Below, piece by piece: positions 19,043 to 30,015 of a stretch of 64,000 nucleotides of DNA. Position numbers and translations under genes: made by a program. The notes beneath the pieces were generated by a model. It was not told the DNA's origin. It searched no databases and was given only the letters and a program-made list of their open reading frames with translations. The first letter of the stretch is position 1. Each line of letters starts with the position of its first letter. The stretch is from Candidatus Latescibacterota bacterium (GTDB lineage: Bacteria > Latescibacterota > UBA2968 > UBA8231), in contig CBDAOB010000004.1 of the NCBI GenBank assembly GCA_965197905.1, forward strand, positions 1,280,001 to 1,344,000, read 5' to 3'.

Positions 19043-20905
19043 ATGCAAAATCGCGGTTTTCGCAGCGGCATTACCACCCAGGGTCGACGCATGGCAGGGG
19101 CTCGCGCTCTGTGGCGCGCCACCGGCATGAAGAAGGAAGATTTTCAGAAACCGATCATCGCCATCGCCAATTCGTTTACCCAGTTCGTACCCGGTCACGT
19201 GCATCTGCACCCGGTCGGTCAGAAGGTCAAAGAGGTGATCGACGCCAACGGCGGCTACGGCGTCGAATTCAACACCATCGCGGTGGATGACGGCATCGCC
19301 ATGGGCCACGACGGCATGCTCTACTCACTACCCAGCCGCGAGCTGATCGCCGACAGCGTCGAGTACATGGTACAGGGGCACAAGGCGGACGCACTGATCT
19401 GCATCTCCAACTGCGACAAAATCACGCCGGGGATGTTGCTGGCGGCGCTGCGTTTGAACATCCCGACGATTTTCGTCTCCGGCGGTCCTATGGAAGCGGG
19501 TAAAACACAGCTCTCCAGCGGCGCCGCCAAGCTCGACCTGATCGATTCGATGGTCGCCGCAGGAGATGAAAGTGTTACCGACGACGATGTGGAAGCCATG
19601 GAGGAATCCGCCTGCCCCACCTGCGGGTCTTGCTCCGGGATGTTTACCGCCAACAGCATGAACTGTTTGAACGAAGCGATTGGCCTGGCGCTTCCCGGAA
19701 ACGGCACCATTCTCGCGACTCACGTGTTGCGCTGGCAACTTTTCGAGACCGCCGCCAAACGCATCGTCGAGATGGCGCGCGCCTATTACCTGGAGGGTGA
19801 CAGCTCGGTGCTGCCCCGCAGCATTGCCACCTTCGAGGCGTTCGAGAATGCCATTAGCCTCGACATCGCCATGGGCGGCTCCACCAATACGGTGTTGCAC
19901 CTGCTCGCCATGGCGCGGGAGGCGGAAGTGAACTTCAACATGTCCGACATCGATCGCTTATCGCGCCAGGTCCCGTGTATCTGCAAGGTGGCCCCGGCCA
20001 CCAACGAGTTTCACCTCGAGGATGTCGCGCGCGCCGGAGGCATACCGACGATTTTGGGCTCCCTCTTGCGCGCCGGAAAGTTGAATCCCGATACCCGTAC
20101 CGTTTCCGGCGAGTCGATGGGCGAGGCGATCGCCAACAACGACCTGCGCAGCGGCGGCGAGCTATCCGAGTTTGCCCGCCAGCGGTCCCTGGCGGCGCCC
20201 GGCAACGTGCGCACGAAGGTGGGCTTCTCGCAGGAAGCGTATTACGAAGAACCGGATCTAGATGAAGAGGCGGGGTGCATCCGCGCCGCCGAACATGCCT
20301 ACTCCCAGGACGGGGGTCTGGCCGTACTCCACGGCAATATTGCCGAAGATGGCTGTATCGTGAAAACGGCCGGCGTCGATGCCGCGCTAATGAGGTTCAG
20401 CGGGCCGGCCAAGGTGTTCGAGTCGCAGGAAGCGGCCTGCGAAGGCATTCTTGGAGATCGCGTCGTGGCGGGCGATGTGGTAGTCATTCGTTACGAGGGT
20501 CCCAAAGGTGGACCCGGTATGCAGGAGATGCTCTACCCTACTTCCTACATCAAAGCGAAACATCTGGGCAAGGAATGCGCGCTTATTACCGACGGACGTT
20601 TCAGCGGCGGAACCAGCGGGCTGTCCATCGGCCACATGTCGCCGGAGGCAGCGGAGGGTGGCGCCGTGGCCCTGATCGAGGAAGGCGACATCATCGAGAT
20701 CGACATAACCGAGCGACGTCTCAATGTGAAGCTGAGCGTAGAGCAGCTGCAGGAACGGCGCAAGAGGATGGAAGCGTTGGACGAGGATGCCTACCGGCCG
20801 CTCAAACGCAAGCGCTACGTATCGCAAGCGTTGCAGGCGTATGCTGCGCTCACCACCAGCGCCGCCCAGGGTGCCATCAGGGACGTATCGCAGGTTGGGA
20901 AGTAG
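19043..20905 (+). CDS. ilvD: Dihydroxy-acid dehydratase
   Basis: [53 protein letters not shown]. Confidence 0.97.
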   Translation: MQNRGFRSGITTQGRRMAGARALWRATGMKKEDFQKPIIAIANSFTQFVPGHVHLHPVGQKVKEVIDANGGYGVEFNTIAVDDGIAMGHDGMLYSLPSRELIADSVEYMVQGHKADALICISNCDKITPGMLLAALRLNIPTIFVSGGPMEAGKTQLSSGAAKLDLIDSMVAAGDESVTDDDVEAMEESACPTCGSCSGMFTANSMNCLNEAIGLALPGNGTILATHVLRWQLFETAAKRIVEMARAYYLEGDSSVLPRSIATFEAFENAISLDIAMGGSTNTVLHLLAMAREAEVNFNMSDIDRLSRQVPCICKVAPATNEFHLEDVARAGGIPTILGSLLRAGKLNPDTRTVSGESMGEAIANNDLRSGGELSEFARQRSLAAPGNVRTKVGFSQEAYYEEPDLDEEAGCIRAAEHAYSQDGGLAVLHGNIAEDGCIVKTAGVDAALMRFSGPAKVFESQEAACEGILGDRVVAGDVVVIRYEGPKGGPGMQEMLYPTSYIKAKHLGKECALITDGRFSGGTSGLSIGHMSPEAAEGGAVALIEEGDIIEIDITERRLNVKLSVEQLQERRKRMEALDEDAYRPLKRKRYVSQALQAYAALTTSAAQGAIRDVSQVGK

Positions 20906-20981
20906 GAGACACACCCGAATAAACGCGGATCCAGAACTTCCTTCGAGCGTCGATATAATAGGGTGGTATCGAGGCCCCCAA

Positions 20982-21010
20982 TTGACAGCCTAAAAAGGGC
21001 CGGCTATATT
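20982..21010 (+). promoter_or_regulatory. Sigma70 promoter of ssrA
   Basis: TTGACA-N17-TATATT. Confidence 0.8.
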
Positions 21011-21038
21011 CCACTAACATCTGGTAAAACAAAGTCTT

Positions 21039-21398
21039 GGGGGCGATATGGGTTCGACGGGAATGGCGAAGCCAAGATTGCGTGCCGAGGTCCCCGAAAC
21101 CTCGTTAAACCTTGGGGAAACTTTTAGTTGCCAATAGCGATTACGCTTTGGCTGCCTAAGAATTCTTAGGTAGCCCGCCGGGGCCGATTGAGCCTGCGCG
21201 GCCGGCCCCGACGTCATCTTTAGCAGGCTAGTCTCGGTTCCTGTGTTCGGGGGGGCCGGGGCGAAACTTACTGGACTAGTTCCTTGAGGATCCTGTCAGT
21301 CGGAACCACGGGGGATGAGATTGTAGACTGACTACGCACGTAGGATATCTGGGTAGGATCATTTTCGGACGCGGGTTCAATTCCCGCCGCCTCCACCA
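21039..21398 (+). ncRNA. ssrA: tmRNA; tag (A)ANSDYALAA encoded at 21130-21159
   Basis: 5' GGGGGCG pairs with 3' CGCCTCC-ACCA with a G3:U wobble; T-arm GGTTCAATTCC; tag ORF ending YALAA-stop. Confidence 0.96.
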
Positions 21399-23427
21399 AT
21401 TGTGAAGATACGCAACTCTCTGTTTCTATGGGAGTTGCGTTTTCTTGTTCTGCGCCGACGGCTTGGCGGTACATACTATGTACATAGTTTTCGCCGATTC
21501 TTAGGTGCTCCGCCACTTTGTCGACCGCCTCGGTCAAACGCTCTTCGCGTGTCCTACCGTAGACGTTCATGGTTAACTCAGGAGTAGCGTGACGCGCCTG
21601 GGCCTCCTTGACCGTCACGTCGCCCCGCTCCAAGACCAGATTGATATAGGCCAGTCGGCAGGCGTGGAAGTCCAGCTTTCCCCCAGGTGCGTACTTGGGG
21701 ATATCCGCCGCCTCCAGATCTTTATCCAGGTCACGCGCCGTGTGCGTGGGAACATATAGAAGCGGGTTATCCGGCGTTTCCTGGTGGGCGTCTTTGCGGC
21801 CATAACGACGGTCATAAAGTTGCTTGGCTTCGCCGGTTTTTGCGAACTCACTTAGTCGATCAACGAGCAACGCCGGGATAGAGTGGAATCCGCCCTTTCG
21901 ATTTTTTGTCCAGGCTGCGTCCAGGTGTAGCCCACGGCGTTTAACATCGAGATGGTCGACGGTGAGGTTGCAAAGCTCGTTTGCTCGTAACCCCGACAAG
22001 AATGCGGTCTCGTAGAGGATGCGACGGTACGTGGGCGCAACGTCCAAAAGGCGGTTTATTTCGTCGACGGTCATCGCCCTGCGTTGCGTCAGCGGCGTCG
22101 TGTCAAAGGGAGCCATTGCGGCGAGCGGGTCGTGCCCCAGGTATCCGCGCTTCACACACCAATCGCAGAAGGCCCCCAGAGCCTCCGCATAGTTGGCGAT
22201 CGTCTTGCCGGCCCTCCCCAGCCTCTGCAACTCGCGCAGAGCCTTTTCTACTCTGGGAAGAATACCGGGCATTTCTCCCAATGTCAGGATACCCAAGTTG
22301 TCCTGCCACCATCCGAGATGTCTACGTCGGTTTGCTGCGTGGGTCGGGCTCCAGGGTAAACCGTTTCGCCCACCTTGTGAGTTCCCCCAGGCCAAATATT
22401 CCGATTTGACGTCCTCGACACTCAGGTGGTCGGTTTGGGCGGTATTTTTCTGCTCTTTGCTGATGGTGATATTGCGGCTCCCCGACTTGCATTTTGAAAT
22501 GAGAATGCCCGCATCCTGTAGGTTCGTCCTTACCTCATTAAGACGACGCCCCAAGGCGCTTGGCGACTTCGGCCACATCTTATCTCGGACATCGATTTTC
22601 TGGATTGCCGCCTCCGCCTCCAGCTCATCCAGCAGCGCCGCCGCTTGTCCGTCCCAGTGGCCTTCCTTGTCCATCAAGGCCATGATCGCGGCCGCTACCG
22701 GATGTCCATACACAACCTCATCATTCTGTTCGTCGATGTTTGCCATATACGCGGCCATAAAGCATTCCGGCGAAGAACCAAGGCCGGCAGCGATAGCACA
22801 CCCCCAATTAGCGAAGTCCGCCAAGCGTGGTTTTGAATCAAGCCGCGTGTTGGTCTTGATCGAGATCGCTTTCGACAACGCGTCGAGCATGCCACCCAGT
22901 ATATGCGGGCGCGCCTGGGAAAATTCTGTTTCGAGTCGCTCCTCGTCCCGGCGTTCATTGTTGGCTATGCGATCCAAGCCGATCAATATGGACCTATCCA
23001 GTAGATCTGCTTTGGTCGCCGCGGCGTTAATACCATTCAAAATGATGCAGCGCCGAAAAGAGTAGATGATATCATCGTCGTCGGTGTAAAGTTGGCGTTT
23101 GCTGATACCGTCCCCCGTGCATCCTCGGCATAGCGCATCGGATTGTTGGGACTGAAGCATGTCTACGTTGTCGAAGGGCACCATGTAATGATGGGAGAGA
23201 ATTTGGGCCAACTCGGCCGGGTTTCGGGGAAAACTCAAATTTTCCAGCGACGATGGATCAATCAGTCGGCGCAGCAGCCGCGACATGAATGTTTTCCCAG
23301 ATCCCTGAGGCCCATGGAGCACTAGGATTGGATGGGGGAAGTTGGGGAGCAAACAGAACACCATCCAGGTTTTTAGGCGGTGTAGATCGTGTGGGACATC
23401 CAATGGCGGAATCGCAAACTTCCGCAC
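21268..23427 (-). CDS. Fusion of a P-loop ATPase (primase/helicase C-terminal domain) and a tyrosine integrase; possibly defective
   Basis: N-half GPQGSGKT Walker A; C-half SGLRANEL, DFHACR, ARHATPELTMNVY; frame continues through att into antisense ssrA. Confidence 0.8.
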   Translation of the reverse strand: MRKFAIPPLDVPHDLHRLKTWMVFCLLPNFPHPILVLHGPQGSGKTFMSRLLRRLIDPSSLENLSFPRNPAELAQILSHHYMVPFDNVDMLQSQQSDALCRGCTGDGISKRQLYTDDDDIIYSFRRCIILNGINAAATKADLLDRSILIGLDRIANNERRDEERLETEFSQARPHILGGMLDALSKAISIKTNTRLDSKPRLADFANWGCAIAAGLGSSPECFMAAYMANIDEQNDEVVYGHPVAAAIMALMDKEGHWDGQAAALLDELEAEAAIQKIDVRDKMWPKSPSALGRRLNEVRTNLQDAGILISKCKSGSRNITISKEQKNTAQTDHLSVEDVKSEYLAWGNSQGGRNGLPWSPTHAANRRRHLGWWQDNLGILTLGEMPGILPRVEKALRELQRLGRAGKTIANYAEALGAFCDWCVKRGYLGHDPLAAMAPFDTTPLTQRRAMTVDEINRLLDVAPTYRRILYETAFLSGLRANELCNLTVDHLDVKRRGLHLDAAWTKNRKGGFHSIPALLVDRLSEFAKTGEAKQLYDRRYGRKDAHQETPDNPLLYVPTHTARDLDKDLEAADIPKYAPGGKLDFHACRLAYINLVLERGDVTVKEAQARHATPELTMNVYGRTREERLTEAVDKVAEHLRIGENYVHSMYRQAVGAEQENATPIETESCVSSQLVEAAGIEPASENDPTQISYVRSQSTISSPVVPTDRILKELVQ
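21410..21443 (+). terminator. Island-supplied terminator hairpin after ssrA
   Basis: ACGCAACTCTC...GGGAGTTGCGT then TTT; related stem at 40645-40679. Confidence 0.7.
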
Positions 23428-24475
23428 CGCAGCACTTCATGGTGATCCCCAACGTAAACCTGCGCGTGCGGAACGCGGTGTTGATCATGGAACAGCTTCG
23501 CATGGGAAGCAACCATCTTGGCAAGGCGGGAAGCCTGAGACTCTTTTGCATCACCAGCACCGTCATCCCCGTCTCCGTCAGCAACGCTATCCTCGGTTGG
23601 CTCCCAAGGCTTGGCCTCAGCGAGAATCCGGTCGATGTCGTCACGATTCCACCCTAATCCGTGTACGCCGTCCCAGACATCCCCCGTTTCGGGCAGTGCT
23701 TCGGGAGGCTCGACAATACGGATTGACTTGGCGACGCCTTCCAGGAACCGCCCCACCTGCTCCATATGGCCACGGCCGGCGGTATCGTTGTCGGGCCACA
23801 GAATCGCGTCTTCATTGGCCAAGTAGGCAGTGAGTTCAACGGTCCACCCGCCGGCCCCAAAAGGGTTGGTGGTGGCCCGGAATCCCATAGCCCATAGTGT
23901 GTCAGCCTTAGCCTCCCCCTCCGTGATTACAACCGGACCCTGACCTTTCGTTGTTACGAGATCGTGAAGCCGGTAAGGCAACAACTCAACCCCCTTGCAT
24001 TCCAGATCCAAGCGCCGTTCCCGTCGGGGCGACGGACTGAAAAGTCCTTCCTTCTTCCGTTCTTGCCCGGCTCCTTGCGAACTGTTTGAAATTGCAGATT
24101 GTTGGACTCGTCGGTGTAGCTGAACTCCGCAACGAGCGTTTGCGCTCGATCATTGCTTGGCACGGCGATGCCAAAGTCCTTGATGATTCCTTCCAATACC
24201 ATGGGGAACTGTGCCCGGCAGTCGAGCCCGGTCTGCTGTGCGTAATAGTCGATCGCGTGCCCCCCAGCTTTGCACACCAGACAATAGTGACTACCTGCTT
24301 TTCTTCCCCTAAGAACAAGGTTTCTACTCGGTCTCTGATCATTGTGCGAAAAGCAAATAACATCCGTCGTGTCGCCATTACCCAGATCGGGATGGAAGTG
24401 GGAATAGAAAGGGGTGTAATCTTGACCGAAGTGGTCGAGAATCGCCTTCTTGAGGTCGGGCGTACTGTCGGTCAT
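23373..24475 (-). pseudogene. Frameshifted phage/satellite-type primase (Zn-binding domain 23954-24475, TOPRIM 23373-24011)
   Basis: CFSHNDQRPS...CLVCKAGG Zn finger; VITEGEAKAD and WPDND TOPRIM motifs; overlapping frames that continue into the ATPase frame. Confidence 0.75.
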
Positions 24476-24720
24476 GGCAGTTCGCTTCCATCGGCTCGCT
24501 GATTCCGCACCCCTTGGTCCGCCTGTGCTGAAGTGGATCCTTCGAGCCATTCGGTGATCAGAATCCAGTCGTAAATGACCTTACGCCCCACTTTTAGAAA
24601 TGGAATCTCGCGCCGGCTTGTCTTTTTGCGAATAGTGTTCAAAGCCAGCGGCACCCATTCAGCTAACTCCTCGGCACTCAAAAATCGCTTCGAAGGAACA
24701 CCGCATATCGTGCCAAGCAT
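24472..24720 (-). CDS. Excisionase/AlpA-like helix-turn-helix protein
   Basis: FLSAEELAEW...NTIRKKTSRREIPFLKVGRKVIYD; AAGGAG RBS; stop overlaps the primase start. Confidence 0.8.
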   Translation of the reverse strand: MLGTICGVPSKRFLSAEELAEWVPLALNTIRKKTSRREIPFLKVGRKVIYDWILITEWLEGSTSAQADQGVRNQRADGSELP

Positions 24721-24747
24721 TTCAAAATCTCCTTGGTTGCTGAGCAC

Positions 24748-24782
24748 AAAAAAGGCCCAGGCATTACTGTGTATGCCTGGGC
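24748..24782 (-). terminator. Intrinsic terminator between the activator and xis-like genes
   Basis: GCCCAGGCAT-8nt-ATGCCTGGGC then CTTTTTT on the minus strand. Confidence 0.75.
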
Positions 24783-24786
24783 TTGT

Positions 24787-24802
24787 AGCAAGTGGTATTC
24801 CG
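24787..24802 (-). promoter_or_regulatory. Candidate sigma54 promoter for the xis-primase operon
   Basis: CGGAATACCACTTGCT = GG-N10-GC with a TTGCT -12 box. Confidence 0.45.
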
Positions 24803-24832
24803 AACGACGTAACTATTAGTCGTGAAATATCC

Positions 24833-26299
24833 TTAGGGATCGTGTTCGGGGAGCCGCCCGGCTTCCGAACAGTTTTCCGAATCCCAGCCGGGGATCTCGC
24901 CGTTGGCCTCCAGCACCGTCCAGGCATTGCCGAACTTGGTGCTGGTATCGCTGAGCGTGGACTTGCCGATGCCCAACTCAGCGGCAACCTGGCTTTTCTT
25001 AACGGGTTCGCCGTTCGGGCAGAGCCGTAGTATCGCCCCGAGGACACGGTCCACATGATGGTCATGCACCTTAAGAACCTCAGCCAGATCCCCCTGGCTT
25101 TCTCGGCAAAAGGAGCCAATCTCGTTCCTAATCGTTCTAACGCTCAGACGGTCCTCTTGTCCCCACTGGCGCAATTTTCTCGCAATCTGGAATCGATATT
25201 TGGAAGCCTCCTTGATTCCAGATTGCTGATCCACAAAGTGACGGACAAGGTTGGGTATGTCGGAAACTCGAAAGAGCACGTCAGGAACCTGCACAACATG
25301 TTGGTTGATCCGTTCCAACAAATCCGTTTGGAAACCTTCCAGCGTCGCGAGAGACTGGTTGGAGGTTACAACAATCATTGCACCCGCTCCTGAAATAGGA
25401 TCAACATCGCCAACCTTGGTAAAAGTGCGTTCTTCAAGAACCTGGAGCAGTTTGGGTCGTTGTTTTTCGGCGAGGTAGTTAATGTCGTCGAGTACCAATG
25501 TGCCATTGTTGCTGCACGCCTCGAACCATCCATCCTGATCGTCAGTCGCACCAGTGAAAGCGCCCTTTCTGTGGCCAAAAAGCGCTGATTCGACCAAGTG
25601 TTCGGAAATTGCTGAAACATTAAGTCGGTAAAACCTGCCCTCACGCCCACCCAAATCGTGAATAGCCTTCGCGATGGCGCCCTTCCCTGAACCACGTTCC
25701 CCTTCGATCAGGACGATTGGAGATTCGCCTCCCAATGACAGCTTTGCAATCTGGGCTACGTCGCGGTACAACCCAACCATCGAGAGCGCGTTGCCGACGA
25801 CGCCGAACTGCTGCATTCTCTGGCAAAGACCGTATGCCACTTCATTCGTAAGCCCCAACTCACGCATATAAAAATCCTTGTAGGGGAACGGCTTTTCTGC
25901 AAAATTGCTCCAGCCATCGATCGCTTTCGCCTGGTCGTAGTAGCCTGCCCGCAGGAAACAATCGCGCTGCTCTTCTGGGCCCAAATCACGAACGAGGCGT
26001 TCCAGTTGCTGGAGATCACAAAGCCGGATGATGACGTCTACATCAGGATCGTCTAGTGTAAGTGGTTTGAATTGCGAGAAAGGTTTGATCAACCAATCAA
26101 ACTCGAAGGGCTTGAATAATACCTCCTCGGGCGTCACATCACTATCTTCCATCTTTGAAAACGCCCGTGACAAGAGAGTCGTGAGTTCGACGACGCCCGG
26201 CCCGCCTGGAGCATCCTCCATCTCCCAAATCGGAAGGCCCGTTGGGCGCATCTTCTGCGCGAAGTTTTTGAGGGCGTGCTTCGCGGCTGTCGATTCCAT
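24833..26299 (-). CDS. Sigma54-dependent enhancer-binding AAA+ transcriptional activator
   Basis: GERGSGK Walker A, ESALFGHRKGAFTGA, LVLDDI Walker B, C-terminal HTH; N-terminus is not a recognisable receiver domain. Confidence 0.88.
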   Translation of the reverse strand: MESTAAKHALKNFAQKMRPTGLPIWEMEDAPGGPGVVELTTLLSRAFSKMEDSDVTPEEVLFKPFEFDWLIKPFSQFKPLTLDDPDVDVIIRLCDLQQLERLVRDLGPEEQRDCFLRAGYYDQAKAIDGWSNFAEKPFPYKDFYMRELGLTNEVAYGLCQRMQQFGVVGNALSMVGLYRDVAQIAKLSLGGESPIVLIEGERGSGKGAIAKAIHDLGGREGRFYRLNVSAISEHLVESALFGHRKGAFTGATDDQDGWFEACSNNGTLVLDDINYLAEKQRPKLLQVLEERTFTKVGDVDPISGAGAMIVVTSNQSLATLEGFQTDLLERINQHVVQVPDVLFRVSDIPNLVRHFVDQQSGIKEASKYRFQIARKLRQWGQEDRLSVRTIRNEIGSFCRESQGDLAEVLKVHDHHVDRVLGAILRLCPNGEPVKKSQVAAELGIGKSTLSDTSTKFGNAWTVLEANGEIPGWDSENCSEAGRLPEHDP

Positions 26300-26907
26300 C
26301 TCTCGTATCCTTATGCGGCAAAGGCGGGAAAGTACGGATCCATGCTGGGCACTGGCCAGGACCAGCGATGCTGCACAATTGAACACTTAGGGACTTTTTG
26401 TGCAGGTATTACTAAGGTATATTCTGGGTATGCAGTTGTCCAGAGATGTCCTTGGATGGCTCAGATCGCGGTGTGCAGCAGAAACTTATTCCTAATCTTT
26501 TGTGCTACGCGTTATAAGTCACCGAAAAATGACAACTTAAGACATGCCGAAGAGATGGAAATTAGCCGTTTGCCCCATGCTTGCCCCACAAAAACGGTGT
26601 TGTCTCGTTTTTTCTTCATACCAGATCTTCCCATTCCAGCAGTACCCCACACCGTCCAATTCGACCTGCCATGTAGGGGTTTCCGGCTTCTTCATATCAG
26701 TCTCCGCATGGCCGAAACGTGGGCGAGTAATGTAATGTGTTCCTCCACCAAGCCGCCGTATGATCAAGAAACCAAGTGATCCACCAAGGCCAAGGAGTTC
26801 ACGGAGCTCATGCACCGAACGATAGCGGCGGGGTCGACGGCTTCGGGCTCGCGCCCTTCTCGCCCTCTGTCGGGGGGTGCCGAAAACTTTTTCGACGGAG
26901 AGGATCC

Positions 26908-27891
26908 TTGCGATACATCATCTATGGAGCGGGCGGCATCGGAGGCACGATCGGCGGGCACTTACACCGCGCGGGTCGCCAGGTGGCGCTGGTGGGCAAT
27001 GCCGCCCATGTGGAGTCGATCCGGGCCCGGGGGTTTACCTTCCTGACCGGCGACGGGAGCTATTCTCTGGAGATCCCCGCGTTCGAGACGGCGGGGGGAC
27101 TGGCCCCTTTCCACGACGACGACATCGTCCTGCTTTGCGCCAAATCCCAACACACGGTCCGCTGCATGGGGCAGTTGAAAAACGCCGGCGCACCCCGGTC
27201 GCTCCCTGTCGTATGCTGCCAGAATTCGATCTGGAACGAGGCGGCGGTCACCCGCGTCTTCGACCGGGTCTACGGCGCCGTGATCTCCGTGCGGGCCATC
27301 TTCCTGAAGCCGGGAGAGGTGATCAATCCGGTGTCGGAACGCGCCGGCTATATCGAGGTGGGGTGTTATCCCTCGGGACAGGACGAGGTCTGCGAAGCGG
27401 TGAGCCGCGATCTGTCGGAGGCGAGTTTCTCGGCACACGTCAACGCCGAGGTCATGAAGGCCAAAGGGGCCAAATGCCTGGGCAATCTGGTCAACGCCCT
27501 GCAGGCTATCACCGATGGCAAGGGAGACACGCGAGCCTACTTGGAACAGGTGCAGCGGGAGGCCGAAGCCGTGTGGGCGGCCGCCGGCATCGAATGGGAA
27601 GATCGAGGCTCGTACGGCGAGCGGCGCGCGAGGTCGGGCGAGGTTGCGAAGAAGCCTCCAGGATGTGAAGATGTCAAGGCAGGCGGCTCCTCCTGGCAAA
27701 GCTTGGTGCGAAGCACCGGCTCCATCGAAGCGGAGGAACTGAATGGGGATGTGGTGAAGCTCGGCGCCTATCTTCGAATTCCGGCGCCTTACAATGAACT
27801 CCTCTGGCGGCTGGCAACCGAAATGGCTGCCAATGGCGAACCGCCGGGCAAATATTCGGCCGACGCACTGATGGCGATGATTCCGCAATAG
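26908..27891 (+). CDS. Ketopantoate reductase (ApbA/PanE) family protein
   Basis: IYGAGGIGG, LCAKSQ, CCQN, SSWQSL, ELNG; TTG start after GGAGAGG. Confidence 0.85.
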   Translation: MRYIIYGAGGIGGTIGGHLHRAGRQVALVGNAAHVESIRARGFTFLTGDGSYSLEIPAFETAGGLAPFHDDDIVLLCAKSQHTVRCMGQLKNAGAPRSLPVVCCQNSIWNEAAVTRVFDRVYGAVISVRAIFLKPGEVINPVSERAGYIEVGCYPSGQDEVCEAVSRDLSEASFSAHVNAEVMKAKGAKCLGNLVNALQAITDGKGDTRAYLEQVQREAEAVWAAAGIEWEDRGSYGERRARSGEVAKKPPGCEDVKAGGSSWQSLVRSTGSIEAEELNGDVVKLGAYLRIPAPYNELLWRLATEMAANGEPPGKYSADALMAMIPQ

Positions 27892-28146
27892 AATACCAGC
27901 ATGTCCGCCAAGTTCAAGGTTCAGCGAGTCCTGGCGCCCATGGTTGATGGTCTTGCGCCCTGCGGTTCCAGAGGAGGAATAGCCCTGAAGGCCGGTGGGC
28001 GCAGTCAGATCGGCGTAATCGTCGCCACATCGAATATCAGCGCAGTTTTCGCCACGGCGCTGCTCGCGCCTTATATCACCCGCTTCGCGGTTCGCAAACC
28101 GGCATGACATTGTGCGCCATAGAAGCAAGGGGAGAAGAGTCACGGC

Positions 28147-28483
28147 ATGAAGAAACGAAACTCTTCGTCGGATGCGCTTGTGTCGGTCCACGGTGGACAC
28201 AGCAGAGAATTCGGCGATGCAGATGAGTCCGCCCTTGAAGAAATCGTATGCGCCTACATTCACAAGGGCTTCAAATGGGTGGGTATTACCGAACATATCC
28301 CGCCCGTTTCAGCGGACTTCCTGTGGCCTTGGGACATTGAGAAGGGTCACACGGCACCAGTCGATGCTACGTCGGTTCGAAGAATATTTTTCCGTCGCTC
28401 GCAAGCTCCAGGTGGAGTATCGGGATTCCATTCACATGTTAGTTGAGGCCAGACAATTTTTGGAAAATGCGCCACAATTATGA
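28147..28483 (+). pseudogene. Truncated, frameshifted PHP-domain (histidinol phosphatase-like) fragment
   Basis: SVHGGHS, GITEH motifs; continues in another frame and stops after about 100 codons. Confidence 0.65.
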
Positions 28484-28540
28484 CGTTGGACCGATGAAAG
28501 CAGGAAGGGACAGAGCCTCCGAGCGTCTTCAGTAAACATT

Positions 28541-29302
28541 ATGCGGGAAAGTCAGAAACAATTTAAGAGGCCCCCAAAAAGACATCAGCCGAGGGGGCTT
28601 TCGATTCTCTATGAAGATCGAGATATCCTGGTCGTGGATAAGGTGAGTGGTCTTTTGACAGTGAGTAATGAGAAAGTCAGATGCAATACAGCTTATTATC
28701 TCTTGAATGATTACGTGCGCAAAGGGAATCAGAAATCAAGGCACCGGGTATTTATCGTGCATCGTCTGGATAGAGATACTTCCGGTGTTATCGTGTTTTC
28801 CAAGAATGAGAATGCCAAGCGTTATCTTCAGGAAGAGTGGCAGGGATTTCAAAAGAAGTACTATGCCCTCGTACATGGAACGTTACCGGAGAAGGAGGGT
28901 GTAATTACTTCCTATCTTGCAGAAACCCGTGCTCATAAGATGTATTCTGTTGGTGATCCGAAAGAGGGTAAGCTTGCTAAGACCGGGTATAGAGTTCTGA
29001 GAGAATCACCAAAGTACAGTCTTCTGGAAATAGATCTGTTGACCGGTAGGAAGAACCAGATCCGGGTCCATCTTTCGGACAAGGGCTGTCCTGTGGCTGG
29101 CGACAAAAAGTATGGAGTCAAGGAAAAGGGCATCAAAAGGCTCACACTTCATGCGGCCTCCATTACAATAGTTCATCCGTATTCAAAAGAGAAGATGACC
29201 TTCACAACAAAGGTTCCCGCCTATTTCGAATCACTTATAGAGGGGTCTAAAGGGGCACACAAAAGCTCAGGAAGAAGTGGACCCCAGAATTCGGACAGCT
29301 AG
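28541..29302 (+). CDS. RluA-family RNA pseudouridine synthase
   Basis: VHRLDRDTSG, TGRKNQIRVH, GDKKYG, LHA; visibly more AT-rich than its flanks. Confidence 0.92.
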   Translation: MRESQKQFKRPPKRHQPRGLSILYEDRDILVVDKVSGLLTVSNEKVRCNTAYYLLNDYVRKGNQKSRHRVFIVHRLDRDTSGVIVFSKNENAKRYLQEEWQGFQKKYYALVHGTLPEKEGVITSYLAETRAHKMYSVGDPKEGKLAKTGYRVLRESPKYSLLEIDLLTGRKNQIRVHLSDKGCPVAGDKKYGVKEKGIKRLTLHAASITIVHPYSKEKMTFTTKVPAYFESLIEGSKGAHKSSGRSGPQNSDS

Positions 29303-29609
29303 GTTAGGTGGGCCCAACAGCTGATGCGGAGGATATGGATTTATGACGGGTATCCCTTGGGCATCCGTTCCGTGCCAGACGACACGGCTGATTCCATTCG
29401 GACATCTGACCGGCTTGCCAGTCGCACGATGCGCGGCCAGCGGATAGAGATGTTGATATCCCCCAGATCCCATTCAGTCGGCATGTTGATCTCTTCGGTG
29501 ATCTCACCGGAATCGGTCATCGAAACGACCGGATCGGGCCCGCGCGGGGCGCTCCTGACTCGTGAGACCCATGATCATTTCTAAATCCAAGTACCTGTCT
29601 GGTCTCAAT

Positions 29610-29704
29610 CCGTATTCGGTGAAGCCGATGAGAGCGCGGACAAAGAAGGTAAGCCGGTCGAACTCCTCACTTCGGCGAAAAGAGTCGTCGAACTCCCGTT
29701 GATC
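29610..29704 (-). pseudogene. About 95-bp C-terminal fragment of a paralogue of the 63257-64000 gene
   Basis: Translates REFDDSFRRSEEFDRLTFFVRALIGFTEYG versus KEFDTRFQDVRNFDAWSFFVRALVGFTEYG. Confidence 0.65.
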
Positions 29705-29739
29705 TGAACCGCGAAGCGGATGCCAAAGGACAAGGGCCT

Positions 29740-30015
29740 TCAGGCTTCAACGGCAGATTGGTTCTTGGGATCTATATCGCCGTAGCGTGCCGTTACGACA
29801 TCCTTGATGTTCTCGTAATGTGCTATGGCCGCCAACTCCAGTGTCTCGGGAGAAAGCCGTTCGCGGACCTCTTCTGAAAAGGGCTCGAAAGAGCTGCCCA
29901 CGTTGTACTGCAAGTTGTACCGCATGATCAGAAATCGGCGATCCCGATCCTTGGGAATCCAGTTGAGCACGCCGTGGATGAGGCGTTCCGAGATGATCAC
30001 CACATCACCTGCCCT
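29740..30015 (-). pseudogene. C-terminal fragment of a phytanoyl-CoA dioxygenase-like gene
   Basis: AGDVVIISERLIHG...W...DRRFLIMRY. Confidence 0.6.

Noticed and set aside
26742..26751. CCTCCACCAA as a fourth att copy
   Set aside because: Only 10 bp, with no following hairpin or arm-like repeats; plausible by chance.
29300..29325. Integron attC site (GTTAGGT/GCCCAAC)
   Set aside because: The motifs are in the wrong order, there is no extended palindrome or recurrence, and no IntI is present.
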